Origin: Lama glama
Lineage: Eukaryota
Direction: 5' to 3'
Assembly: GCA_028534125.1 (NCBI GenBank)
Contig: CM052817.1
Span: 64,296,001 to 64,360,000, forward strand
Length of the DNA: 64,000 nucleotides
Shown one piece after another: positions 49,250 through 62,504 of this stretch; positions within the stretch are counted from its first letter, which is position 1; the number at the start of each line of letters is the position of its first letter. The notes under the pieces are model-generated. The model was not told the origin of the DNA. It worked only from the letters and a program-made list of their open reading frames with translations, and searched no databases. Position numbers and translations under genes: made by a program.

Positions 49250-52200
49250 AATATCCAGCAATATATTCAAGAGACATAAAATGGCCACAACTTTGCAGTG
49301 CATGTATTATCAAGTTACATTCTGCAGTACATAAAGGAATAAGCCACCACAGTCAGGAAAGTAGAAATCATTAAACAATAGGAGGGCTATTAATATAAAA
49401 CATCAAATACAAAAAAAATTGCTTCTATAGACACTTGAAATGTATTTGATAAGATTCAACACCAATCCCTAATAACATTATTTTGAGAGCAGACATAGGA
49501 AAAAATATTTCTTTAATACAAGAAAAGTATAAGAGTAAAACCAATAGCCAGTATTATGTTTAATAGTAAGACATTAGTGATACCCTTATTAAAAATATGT
49601 AGAAAAGGAGGAATATTACTTAATATTGTTCTGAAAGTTATAGTCAATGCAATAAGACATAATACAAAATTAGAAGTATATTATTAGTAATGAAGAGATA
49701 AAATGATATCTCTCTTTTTGGGAGATGAAGTCATTATATAACTATAACAAAGAAATAATTTTAAAATTGATTAAACACAGGGGAAGAATGTAAGAAATCA
49801 AAAGCATTTCAATACAATTGAAATAATCAGCTAGAAACTTTTACAATACATACTTACATGTAGTTCTAAAATTTTTTTGAGATGGTTGTGAGAAAAAATG
49901 AATGCAGAGAGCCCAGACACAGTAACAACAAAAAATACAAAATATCCTAGAACTAGCCTTAAGGCATGATATCTTTCACCTATTCAAAGAAAAGAGCAAA
50001 ATTTTATTGAGATAGATAGATAGATATTATTAAAGATTGAGAAAATGGGAAAATATACTGTGTTCTTGATCAGGAAGACATTGCTATAAATATTTAAATA
50101 TTTTCAAAATTCCATAGGTTTAATCAAGACCATCAACAAGTATTTATTCAGCACCTACCGTATGCCTAACAAAATTCTAGGTACTGAGGATAACCATGTG
50201 GGCAGCCAAAAACACAAAGACTGCCTGCATGGTGTTTAAATACTTACAGAGTTGACACACCAAACAAATATAGTCTTGCTTTAATATAATGTCAGGTAAT
50301 GATATATGCACTGAATAAAAATTAAACAGGGTTGAGAGAGAATGAAAGGAGGGGGATGCTGTTTAGAACAGAGGGATCAGGAAAGGCCTCTGAAGAAGTA
50401 ACATTTGAACAGATAATTGCATCAAGCGCAGTAGAGAGCCATGTGGCTGTCAGGAGGAATAGTGTTTCTTGCAGAGGGAACAGCAAATGCAAAGGCCCAG
50501 ACATGGAATCATGTTTGACGTCTTCCAGGAATAATAACTGATCCAGTGTTGCTGAAGCAGAGCAAGTGATGTGATCATTGCAGGAGATGAGGACAGAAGA
50601 AACGTGAGACAGATCATTTATGGGCCTTGTAGACCACATAGGGACTTTGGCTTTTGTCCTAAGTCTGACGGCAGCCATTGGAAGATTCTGATCAGGTAAG
50701 AATGTGATCTAATTACATTTTTAAAAAAAGATTTATCTGGTCTCAGAGCCGAGAATAGATAAGGTAGAAGTGAGAGAGTAATAGTGAGATCAATTAAGAG
50801 CCTATTTCAATAATTCAGGCTGGAAAAAATAGGCTTGTTCTTGGGGAGTCGGGTAGAGAAATCAAAAGTGGAATCCTGATACAGATTAGAGACAGACATT
50901 AAAGATTTGCCGATGGGTTAAGTATCCTCTTACTTAAGAGTAAGAGAAAGAAAGGAATCAAGGTTTGCCACCAGGTTTTTGTCTTGAAGACCTGGTTGGA
51001 TCACAGTGTTAATTAATGAGATGAGGAAGACTGGAAAAGTAGCAGGAGTTGGCAGACTGAAATCAAGAGCTGGGTTTTGAACATGTCAAATTTGAAATTT
51101 CTATCGGACACCAAGTGGAGACATTGAGCAGGCAGTTCCCATGAATTTGAAACTCAGGGGAGCTTCTCGGTCCATCAGCAGGGGGCTGAAATGTAAAGAC
51201 AGGATTGGATGAGGTCATCTATGGAGAGAATGCACAGAGAGATGCCTAGGGAATGCCACGTTCAGAGTTTGGGACAAGGAAGAAAATCCTGCAGAGAAGA
51301 CTGAAAGGAGGCAGCTAGTAAAACAGGAGAGAACCTGAGAGTCTCAGAAGCCAAATAAGTGGTTTAATATATCTCCCATCCAAGTATCAATGATTCATTT
51401 TTACTAACTGACAATATCACTCTAAAACATACCAGAAAAGCTTAATGCACACCTAGGATAATGGGTCATCTCACCACATCTTCTTTTGTAACAAATGACA
51501 TGGACATGTTTTTATGACCTTATAAAATGAAAATGAAATCTTTCTTTCTTAAAAATAATCTATATGCTTGTGTAAGCATTCTATCTCCCACTATCCAACC
51601 TCTCCATTTTTATTCTTTTGTACTTGTTTCAGTCACCTGGCTGGTGTCCTTGCAGCAAGTTAATAAAATGTAGCAAGTGCTTGAGAAAAATATGTCTAAG
51701 AAATTTTCCTTTTGATACTCATAAAGTGATCCTAGGAGAATCTACATGCCATAAGGAAGCATATTAAACCGTTGGGCAGGCACAAATTATTCAATAAATG
51801 GTGTTGGGACAAGTGTCGAGCCATATGAAAACAAAATTGATCTCTTACTTCATTCTACACAGCAAAGTAAATTCTAGATTGATTAAAAAGTTAAATATTG
51901 AAAGTTCTGACAACAGAAATATTTGAAGAAAATATGGACATCTATTTGTAAAACTTCTACACGGGGGAAGATTTCTTAAGCTTAGAAATAACAGAAGAAA
52001 TTATAAAGCAAAAGACAAGCAATTTTGAATCAATAAAAATGAAAAATTCAATGCACAAATAACTATGTGGTAAATATTAAAACGGGAAAATATTTTCAAT
52101 AAAACATCAAAGTTGACATATTTTCTACATAAAAAATTTATGCAAACTAATCAGAAAAGCAATGGGACCCCAGTGGTAACTGGTCATTAGAGTATTTAAA

Positions 52201-52400
52201 AAATTATATTATTACCCAAAAGAGAAAAGCCAGCTAGTCAACTTATATGCCACCATGTTCATTCTTGATAATTATCAAAGAAATAATACAACAAATTGTT
52301 ATAATTTTTCACCAGTACTATTACTAAAGATTAGTTTTTAAAAATCATAATATACAGTCTTGAGAAGAGTTCAATAGAGAGGACTCTTTTTCACTATCTT
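49250..52400 (+). mobile_element. Ancient L1M ORF2 remnant, interrupted by an L2
   Basis: Degenerate A-rich ORF2-like motifs (tttgataagattcaacac, ggaaaatatactgtgttcttgatcaggaagac, ttattcaataaatggtgttgggacaa) appear in L1 order on both sides of 50125-51360. Confidence 0.65.
50125..51360 (-). mobile_element. L2 fragment (~1.2 kb)
   Basis: Starts with the reverse L2 tail (tcaacaagtatttattcagcacctac) and continues with typical antisense L2 motifs (ggaaaggcctctgaagaagtaacatttgaacaga, agggaacagcaaatgcaaaggccc). Confidence 0.82.
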
Positions 52401-52743
52401 TTTTTTACTATTTATTTACTACCTTTTTTATTGAGGTACAGTTGATTTACAATATCATGTAATTTCAGATATACAAAATAGTGATTCACAATTTTTAAAG
52501 GTTATATTCCATTTATAGTTATAAAATATTGGCTATATTCCCTATGCTATACACTATATCCTTGTAGCTTATTTATTTTATATATATAGTAGTTTGTACC
52601 TCTTCATCCTCTACCTTACCCTCTCCCCACTGGTAACCATGGTTTGTTCTCCATATTTGTGAATCTGTCTGGTTTTTGTTATATTTACTAGTTTGTTTTA
52701 TTTTTCAGATTCCACATGTAAGCGATACCATACAATACGTCTT
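52399..52743 (-). mobile_element. L1 3'UTR insertion
   Basis: ttgaggtacagttgatttacaatat...ccctctccccactggtaacca...tttcagattccacatgtaagcgat. Confidence 0.88.
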
Positions 52744-52828
52744 TAAGACGTACTTCTTTTGCTCTGATGGACATTTAGATAAGCAACTTGAATTTGTATC
52801 AAGATCCTTTAAAAAAAGGTCCATGTTT

Positions 52829-52993
52829 GAGGGGAGGGTATACCTCAAGTGCTAGAGTGCATGCTTAGCAGGCACAAGGCCCTGGGTTCAATCACCAGTT
52901 CTTCCATTAAAAAAAAATAATAATCTAAATAAACCTAATTATCAACCTCCCCAGAAAAGACTAAGCTAAATTTTTAAAAAATGATTTGTTTTT
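52829..52993 (+). mobile_element. Vic-1-like SINE
   Basis: ggggagggtatacctcaagtg...ctgggttcaatc, aaacctaatta motif, and flanking repeat aaaaaa(g)gtc(c/t)atg. Confidence 0.9.
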
Positions 52994-53719
52994 AAAAAAA
53001 AGTCTATGCTCAATGGATGGCCCAGCATCTCCACTTGTAGACTAGATTAAAGAAATAATTCTTACATGGAGAAAGCTTTTTACATATATATATATATATA
53101 TATGTCAAAATATCATAATTTATAAAAGCTTCAAAATGGAAATAATAGAAAAATTTTGGATACAGTGGACCTGAAGTGGTTAAATTAGAAAACAGCCTTC
53201 CCTGTTACAGCCAGAAATTATTCTTAACATTACAAAAGCAGTTTCACTGTGTGTATATTTCTGCCCAGTGGGGATCTCTTTGTAGCTCTGACCCCAATCA
53301 GTAAGTTACTCTGTCCACCAAGAGAAGAATTTAGCTTTTCTCCACACAATGTAGGCAGAACTTAGAGGCCACTGATCAGGGAACACAGAGAACCCAGATT
53401 AAGGGACTAGACAGCTTCAAGGTCTTGCAATAGAAAGGGAGGTTCCTCTGACAATCAATAAGCAGTAGTAGGCATTTTGCAGAGCTTACTGAAGGAAAAC
53501 AAAGTTTCCTTTGCTATGAAAGTGATAAAGACTATTATTTGGAGCAAACTCAAAGCAAAGACAGACTTTCTGCAGAGAAATAAGGGCCAGAAAATGACAT
53601 TCTTGCAAAACTAGCATAGGAAGCAGATGAAGATGAGCAGCAGAACAGAGGAATCTAGACCAGACTAGAGACTGCCCACTTAGTCACACTTCCATGCATG
53701 TTTGTTTATTCACTCACTC

Positions 53720-54060
53720 TCTCATTAATTTATCAGTTGATTCATCAAATATTTATTGAGCACCAAATATATGCCAGGCACAAAGCAAGTACTGGGGGTT
53801 ACCTTAGTGAAAAAAACAAAGATCTTCTTTCATAAAACGTATAATGGTAGCAAAGCTAAGATTGAAACAATAATAACACAAATTATTATTTAAGTTCAAA
53901 TGTGATACATACTAACAAAAGAGAAGTTTTGAAATCTGTGAGAGTAAGTAGCAGGAGAACCTAACCTAACTCAGAGGATCAGAGAATCCTTTAGGTTTCT
54001 CTGGGATTCAAAATTTAAAGTGAAATTTGAAAGGTGAAAAAGATTAAGCTAGGCTAAAAA
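53720..54060 (-). mobile_element. L2 3' fragment
   Basis: ttcatcaaatatttattgagcaccaaatatatgccaggcac. Confidence 0.7.
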
Positions 54061-54642
54061 TTTTTTACCAATTCTTTAGTGGAGAAGGAATTGGAAAACT
54101 TACTTTTGGTTTACTGAATATATAATGTACATATGTTTCCCACCCAGTGAAATTAAGTATAATTATAGCTTTTGTTTCATTGTATGAATTCCATCATATT
54201 TAATAAATTCTATTATTTTTATAAAGTCCTAAATTATTCATTTGGATGGATTTTCAGGCTGGATGGACCCTTTCCATCTATTTAGTCAAGATTCTGGCAT
54301 TTGGCAATACTTCGGTCTGGGTTACTAATCATTATCAACATTAATGGTTCAGTACAGGCATATGAATAGCATACATTAATTTAAAACAAATATGTGTTGA
54401 GTGACTATAGTGTGCTAAGCTCTATTTTCACAGCTGACGTCACAGTACAGAGGAAGACAGGCAAGGTCTCTGACTTTTTGGAGTTCACATTCTAGTATGA
54501 ACTTGAATTCTATGCTTCTAATGATCTGATTAACATTCCTGATAGCAATACATACAAATGATCACTTTCTTGTGTTCTCATCAACATTGGGTATCATTGT
54601 TCTTGCTTTTATAATGAAGAAATGAACAAAAAATTTAAGTCT

Positions 54643-55098
54643 TGTTATGGGTTGGATTATGCCCCACCAAAAGACATGTTAAAGCCCTAACCCCCATTAC
54701 CTCAGAATGTGACCTTATTTGGAAGGAGGGTTTTTGTAGATGTAATTGGTTATGACAAAGTCATTAGAGTCGGCCCTAATTGAGTATGACTTGTATCCTT
54801 AGAAAAAGGGGGAATTTGAGCCCAAAGACACATACACAGGGAGAATGCCACGTGAAGATGAAGACAGAGATCGAAGCTAAGAAACTACAAGCCAAGGAAT
54901 GCCAATGATTGCCGCAAACCACCAGAAGACAGGAGAGAGGCCTGGAGCTGATTCTCCCTCCCAGCCCTCAGAAGGAACCAGCCCTGCCAACCCATCAATC
55001 TCAGATGTCTAGCCTCCCGAACTGTGAGACAAGCATTTATGTTATTTAAGCCACCAGTCTGTGTTACTTTGTTATTGCAGCCAGAGCAAACTAATACA
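54643..55098 (+). mobile_element. MaLR solo LTR (MLT1B/C-like), full length
   Basis: TG...CA termini with signature motifs acctcagaatgtgaccttatttgga, caagccaaggaatgcc, ccctcagaaggaaccagccctgcc and gcaaactaataca. Confidence 0.92.
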
Positions 55099-55361
55099 GG
55101 CGTATTTCTTACTTTGGGTTCCCCTGAAAGCAGAGATTGAGAAAAGGACTCGGATGCTAATTAATGTTTGTTTGACAGTTGTGCACAGAATGTAAACCTT
55201 GCTCTCAGAAGTATCACAATGTTTTGTTAGTTTATCTTCTCTTATTTTCCCAGTGGATTTAGACATAAGAGATAACCAAGCAACCCAAAGGCCTTCAATG
55301 AACAATAAAGGTCTCCATCCTAGATTGCCAAATTGGAGTACTTAATGATTAGAATGGGATG

Positions 55362-56570
55362 CCTGAATGGATCTAAGCTTCATGGGGCCTTAAGTTTATT
55401 TACTCTTCTCTAAAAGTATCAGGGCAGGGGAGGGTATAACTCAGTGGTAGAATGCATGCTTAGCATACACGAGGTCCTGGGTTCAATCCCCAGTACCTCC
55501 ATTAAATAAATAAATAAACCTAATTATCCCCCCCATAAAAGTGTCAAATTATAAATACAAAATTAGGTACAGAAGTAAATATTTACTTGGAATAAAAGGA
55601 AATTAAAACAAACTACAAACATTAGAAGATGATGAACACTATCTATCCCCCTAAATCAAAAAATATATAACATTCTTGTTTTTTAATTATTTCATATCCT
55701 TTTATAATGCTTTTTTCCTACATATTTTGGCTGCACATTTTTTGATCACCTCTCAATATGGCACCAAATTTGCAGCATGGTTTTCAATAGAAGGAAAAGA
55801 AATTTATCTTCCTCTGGCGTGGTTGGTCAAAATTCCTGTTTCATTATTGATAAACAGGATGCATAAAACATGCAGCTTCACACACAGATGTACTTCTTGT
55901 TACAGGATTGTGAACCAGAAAGACAGGAATTCTAATAAAATCTATTTTAGATTATTTCCATAAAAATGAATTTGGAGTTTATATACAATGTATTATTAAG
56001 TAGATTCCTGACAGGAGAGAATTTCTGCCTTGATGAGGCATTGATGATAACTGAATCCTCTGCTTATAATTTTACACATCTGATGGTTGGAGGAAATTTC
56101 CACAGAATTACTTCTGGTTCTGATCACTGCAAACCTTGTTTCTCTCTACTCCCCACATGCTTCCAGTGCAAGGTAATGCAGGACACATTCTTATCCCGAC
56201 ATGACCTCTGACCCTGGTCCTTCAAGTCACAACACCTGGTGAGTTGTCCCAAGTCAGCCAGGAGTAGCTTAACTATATAAGGGAGTGATTGGGACCCTCA
56301 TAAACATATCCCACTAAAGCAAAACTTACTGTGCCAACTCAACTTCCCCCTAATCAGACCTCCAAAATGCTCATGTCTCGGAAGCACCACCTGACTGCAG
56401 TGTGATAAATAAAAATATTTTACTTTTGCCAAGTTTACAAAAATCTGTAACTGTGAATGTGTCAGAATCCTTCCCAGGACCTTAGAAGGAGCCCACACAG
56501 AAGAGGATCCCTTCATGAGAGGGACCTTGAAGCTTACATTTCTTTCTTTTCTCAGTAAACCTAACTTTCA
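55362..56570 (-). mobile_element. hAT-Tip100 (Arthur1-like) non-autonomous DNA transposon
   Basis: Both ends resemble Arthur1 termini as I recall them: ggatctaagcttcatggggccttaagttta...aatacaaaattaggtac at the left, and reverse-complement taagcttcaaggtccc...ccttctaaggtcctgggaagg at the right. Confidence 0.65.
55422..55535 (+). mobile_element. Vic-1-like SINE nested in the Arthur1-like element
   Basis: tRNA-Ala-like body with TSD taaaagt(a/g)tca (55411-55421 and 55536-55546). Confidence 0.93.
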
Positions 56571-57509
56571 GGATGCCAAATGAATGATCAAAAGCTTCAT
56601 TACAGGTGTAGTCTTTATATATTTGGTTTTTGATCATTTATACTTTGGCAGCAAGGAATAAAGTTTAGACAACCCTTTTGGTACAATGGTTGGCTGTGAT
56701 GAAACGGAAAGAGGGACTAAATGAGAGGAATCATTAGAAGAGTTGGGAAGTGGTAGTGAAGATGGAAATAATAAGCTACAAGTACAAAATACAAGCATTT
56801 TCTCTGCCCTGTGTGTCTAACATAAAGGATAGAAGATGATCCTCAAAGACAAGATAATGTCTACCTGATTTATTTAACTGAGGGAGTCAGAGAACTTGGT
56901 TTTCTTCAATCCAGAAAGGTCTGTGAGATAAGAACCTACCCACTAAAAGTTAATTTGAGCTGTTACTTTGTACCTGATTTTCCTGTGGGCCTCAGCCCAA
57001 AGGATTTTCTTAACATATTTATAAATGGAAAGTACACAAGGTTTGTTTTTAGTATTGACGATAATAAATTGGAAAATGTCTAAGTCTGTATTTGTCATAG
57101 TGATAATAATGATTATGCTAGTTTGTAATCTCACTATTCTGTGTGGTTTTGTATTCTTTGGTTCAACTGAAGCCATTGGTGTTAAGGTAAGAGCAGCCCC
57201 TTATTTACTGGGAAGATTTCTTTATAGAAATAGGAGCAATCTTCTGGTTAATAATTAAATTACTCTCTTAGATCTTCAGAGGAAAGGCAAATAAATAAAT
57301 TCCAAAGGCATTAACAAGTGATCTATTTTTAGTGAGTATGAAAACAAAGAAACAATCTAATAAATCAAAAAAAGTAGCAAGGACTTTAACAGGTATTGAC
57401 TTTAGTCTGAGAAGCTAGAGATTACATGAGTGTTCTTCCTCATCTAGGAGAATGCCACTGCTGGAGCCATAGGGTGGAGGGATATGCTGAGAAAGACACC
57501 AGATTCTCA

Positions 57510-59200
57510 GATAGATCCTGTTCTTGGACTGGAAGAATAAACTTTGTTAAAATGGCCATACTACCCAAAGCAACCTACAGATTTAATGTGATCCCTATCA
57601 AATTATCCAGGATATTTTCACAGACTTAAAACAAACAATCCTAAAGTGTATACGGACTCACAAAAGACCTAGAATTGCCAAAGCAATACTGAAGAAAAAG
57701 AACAAAGAACATAACCTCCAGACTTCAGACAATACTACAAAGCAACAGTAATCAACATATTGTGTTACTGACGCGAAAACAGACATATGGATCAATGGAA
57801 CAGCGTAGAGAGCCCAGAAGGAAACCCACACACCTACAGTCAATCTTCGACAAAGGAGGCGAGAATATACAAGGGAGAAAAGACAGTCTCCTCAGCAAGT
57901 GGTGGTGAGAAAGCTGGACAGCCACATGTCAGTCAGTGCAGTTAGCACACTTCCTCACACCAAACACAAAAATAAACTCAAAATGGCTTAAAGACTTAAA
58001 TATAAAACAGAACACCATAAAATGCCTAGAAAAGAACATGGGCAAAATATTCTCTAATGTAAATCAGAGTAAACATTTTCATAGATCAGTCTCCCAAGGC
58101 AAAAGAAATAAAAGCAAAAACAAATGGGACCTAATCCAACTTTTAAGCTTTTGCACAGCAAAGGAAATCATAAACAAAATGGAAACACAACCTATGGAAT
58201 GAGAGAAAATATTTGCAAATAATATGACTTATCAGGGGCTTAATTTCCAAAATATACAGACAGCTCCTACAACTCAATATCAAAAAAACAAACAACCCAA
58301 TCAAAAAATGGGCAGAAGATCTAAACAGACACTTCTCCAAAGAAGACATCCAGGTGGCCAACAGGCACATGAGAAGATCTTGAACATCACTAATTATTAG
58401 AGAAATGCAAATCAATGAGATATCACCTCACACCAGTCAGAACGGCCATCATGAAAAAGTCTACAAATAATAAATGCTAGAAAGTGTGTGGAGAAAAGGG
58501 AACCCTCCTACACTGCTGATGGGAATGTAGTTTGGTACAGCCTCTATGGAGAACAGTATGGAAGTTCCTTAAAAAAACTAAAAATAGAGTTACCATATGT
58601 CTAGCAATCCCACTCCTGGGCATATATTCAGAAAAGACAAAAACTCTAATTCAAAAAGATACCTGCATAGCAACATTTATAATAGCACTATTCACAATAG
58701 CCAAGACATGGAAGCAACCTATCCACTGACAGATGACTGGATTAAAAAAAGGTGTGGTATATATAAACACGACTGAATACTACTCAGCCATAAAAAATAA
58801 TGAAATATGCCATTTGCAGCAACATAGATGGACCTAGAGATTATCATACTAAGTGAAGTAAGTCAGACAGAGAAAGACAAATATTATATGTATCACTTAT
58901 ATGTGGAATCTAAAAATATAATATGAATGAACTTATTTACAAAAAAGAAACAGACTTGCAGACATAGAAAACAATCTTATGGTTACCAAAGAGGGAAGGG
59001 GAGTGGGAAGGATAAATTAGGAGTATGGGATTAGCAGATATAAACCACTGTGTATAAAATAGATGAACAACAAGGATTTACTATATAGCACAGGGAACTA
59101 TATTCAATATCCTGTATTAACGTTTAATGGAAAAGAATCTTAAGTCAAAACTAACAAAGAATTGTAAATCAACTATAGTTAAATTCAAAAAGCAAAAATA
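57510..59200 (+). mobile_element. 5'-truncated L1 (frameshifted ORF2 C-terminal part plus 3'UTR)
   Basis: ORF-track fragments [46 protein letters not shown] and [14 protein letters not shown] are L1 ORF2p motifs, followed by the 3'UTR and A-tail. Confidence 0.96.
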
Positions 59201-59205
59201 AAATT

Positions 59206-59300
59206 GGGGTGGGTATAGCACAGTGGTGGAGCACACGCTTAGCATGCATGAAGTCCTGGGTTCAATCCCCGGTACCTTCATTAAAAAATTAAGTAATTTA
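59206..59300 (+). mobile_element. Vic-1-like SINE (short form) in the L1 A-tail
   Basis: ggggtgggtatagcacagtggtggagcacacgcttagcatgc...ctgggttcaatcccc. Confidence 0.9.
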
Positions 59301-59379
59301 AAAAGTAAAAAAAAAATCTAAAAATTTAAAAGAGGTCAGATTTTCTAACTGCCTTGATTTGTTCTCTTCTTCTCACGCT

Positions 59380-59843
59380 TTTGAAACAAATTACCATTAA
59401 TTTGGTGGCCCTAAACAGCACAAACATATTATCTTACTGTTCTGTAGGTTAAAAGACCAACATGGGCTCATGAGCTAAAAAATCAAGGTGTCGGCAGGAC
59501 TGTGTTCCTTTCTAGAGGTTTAGGGAGGAATTCATTTTCTTGCCTTTTCCATATTCTAGGGGGTGCCCACATTTTTCCTTGGCTCATGTCCCCTTTTCTC
59601 CATCTTCAAGGCCAGCAATGTAGCATTTCTTCCATCAGCACGTCTCTTTCTGATCACAGCTGGCAAAGGTTCTCCACTTTTCAGGGCCCACCTGGATAAC
59701 CCAGGATACTCTCCCAGCTCAAAGTCCTTAACTCTATCACATCTGCAGAGTCCCTTTTGCCATGTAAGGTAACATACATATTCACAAGTTGTGGGGATTA
59801 AAATGTGGACATCTTTGGGGGGGTCTTTATTCTGCCAACCACA
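59380..59843 (-). mobile_element. MaLR LTR (MLT1D/E-like)
   Basis: aacaaattacca...aaatcaaggtgtcggcaggactgtgttcc...gtcccttttgccatgtaaggtaaca...ttattctgccaaccaca. Confidence 0.88.
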
Positions 59844-60046
59844 TTTCCCTAGCCTAGAATGTAGAGTTGGAAGCTAGGGAGGTAGGTTCAGCAACCTTTC
59901 CACTCTTCTGCAAGGGACATTTCATGGAATATCTCCATTCTTAATCCATCAAAGGGAGAGGTTTTCCAACATGGTGGTGTAAGAGTGAGGTAGATGGGAA
60001 TGGCTTTTCTCTTTTAAAACTAATAATAATAATTACTATTATTATA

Positions 60047-60508
60047 TAGGAATATCTCATAGATATCGCAGGTTCAGTTCCAGACCACCACAATAAAGCA
60101 AATATTACTTAAAAGTGGGTCACATAAATTTTTTGGTTGCCCAGTGCACTTAAAATTATGTTTATGCTATACTGTAGCTTATTAAGTGTGTGACAGCATT
60201 ATGTCTAAAAAATGTACATACCTTAATTACTAAAAAATTCTAATCATCATCTGAGACTTCAGTGAGTCATAGTAGTAACATAAAAGATCATTAATCACAG
60301 ATCATCATAATAAATAATAATAATAAAGTATGAAATATTGCAAGAATTACCAAAATGTGACAGAGACATGAAGTGAACAAATGCTGTTGGAAAAATGGTG
60401 TTAATAGACTTGTTTGACACAGGGATGCCACAAACCTTCAATTTGTAAAAAATGCATTATCGATGAAGCTCAATAAAACAAACTGCAAGAAAACAAACAA
60501 ACAACCTG
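60047..60508 (-). mobile_element. Internally deleted Tigger1 derivative
   Basis: Both Tigger1 ends are present (gcaggttcagttccagaccaccacaataaagc and gccacaaaccttcaatttgtaaaaaatgc...cctg), with TA on each side. Confidence 0.87.
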
Positions 60509-62504
60509 TAGTGATAATAATAATAACAATAATAAAAAGACATTGGTGAGATCTTGCCTTTTAGGAAGAACTCTAGGGTTGTATCTTGTATGAGTTGAGT
60601 GGCTATCAAGCCTGCACATGAGACCAAGAGACAAAATAATTCTACTTTGTTATTATTTGTCTTGGCTGATTATACAAGAAAACCAAAGGGCATCAAAGTC
60701 CATTTCCAGGCTCCCGGGCGGTCCACTTCCCTTCATTGCTCCTTTGTCATTTCGTGCTTTCCTGATTTTGCCCAAATATTTACACTTTGGGTGGGACCAC
60801 TGCTTATCAGTCAACTCAGAATTCTTTTCACCTGTATGCTGTTATTCAGCTTGTAAGTAAACTCCAGTCTAACAAAGTTCCTTTGAACTTTACATATCAA
60901 AGAAAAATCACTTCTTTTAGACTAACATCTAAAGCAGCTCGGCAGGCATGGAGAGGGAGATGTCACAGCTGCAACTCAGAGACCCAGCTGGGATTTTCTG
61001 GAAGACTGTAACCTATTGACTAGACATCTTTGATTTTGGGAAATGATTGTTTCTCATATAGAGGTTAGCCTCTGCTAAGTAATCCTTTCCTTTTATGCTT
61101 TGCCATTTAAACTGTTTACAATCAAGATGCTAACCTCTAACTTGTTCTTCCTTTAAATTGTTTTGTTAATTGTTACCCACAGATACTATCCCAGAGTCAA
61201 GGCAGTTCTTTGTACACTACAATCATGACTGAACAGATGAATGAATGGACAAAGGAGCCAATGTTGTGCACTGGATAAGCCCAGGTCTGTCAAGTCTGTA
61301 ACATCTCTATGGCCTTGGGCAGATTAAATTCTTTGGGCCTGTTCCTCATCTAGAAAGTGTGGAGACTCTCACCCACCTTGTACATTTGTTTAAGAATTTG
61401 AGATAATATATGGAAAAGCCCTGAAATACAGAAACTGGCAGTAAATCTCTCTCAATAGGAATCATTACCCAGTGTTTTGCTCTTTGGGGATTACAGAGCT
61501 AACCCTCAATAATCCACATGTGGGTTATTCTCTTTGCAAATTAGCTCCAGCAAAATTTTGAAAGTAAGGAGATTTTCCCATGAACTCCTCGTTTACTCTT
61601 GGCTGACTTCCCACCACCAATCTTGTATGTTTATAGAATGCATACAATTTAATATTAAGATACGTATTACATGAGCAGAAAGGTAAATCTCCGGCCACAA
61701 ATGGGATACATTAAAAAATCAAACATTTATGACTTTTGGATCCTCTAACTTGCAGTTACTTGCCAAGATTGCTGAACAAGCCAGATGTAAAAATTTTAAT
61801 TTCATTATATTAAATGAGGGGGTGGGATAGTATGGCCAAATAATTGTGTGGTTTTGTAAATTTTTAATTTTTTTTTTTACTTAAAACCCTTAGATCATGT
61901 CTATGTATAAACACCAATATTAATTTTCACCAGTTTTTCTGACATCTAAAATGTTTGCTGTCACTGACTCGTTTGGGATCATCAGATCAGTCACGTCTGA
62001 CCTCAGTCCTATCTCGGGTCCCTGGAGAGGGGGACTAATCATCGTGGCTGACTGATGAGTTATCAACCATTCCATGGAGCTGATTCCCATAGATAAATGG
62101 AGGAGGAACAAGGTTAAAGTCATGGGAAAAAGGCTGAAATGTAAACATGTGGGGATGGTTAATAGAAGTGCTGAAATTGGAAAATGAGGGTCTCAGGTTG
62201 TAGTACAGAAGGGAAGGCATCACAATTCCAAACCAAATTAAAAATATTATACTTCAAATACATTATCAGTGACTGATGGTTAAAGGTTTAAAACAAAGGG
62301 GGAAAAAATGACACCTAAGTATTCCTGGTGTTTGTGGGGGAAGAAGAATAAAAATGAATAGAAGGAAAAGAAGGCAAATGCCAAAGACCTCCACGGGGAA
62401 GAGCAGGGCCGTGCTCCCGCCCCATGAGCCAAAGCCCACATCCCCCGGGTTGGCCAGCTCCAACACCCGGTGAGGAAGAACTGGGGGCCTGCCATGTGTT
62501 CTGT

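Noticed and set aside
57426..58729. ORFs with recognisable protein motifs
   Set aside because: These are frameshifted L1 ORF2 fragments of a 5'-truncated element, not a host gene.
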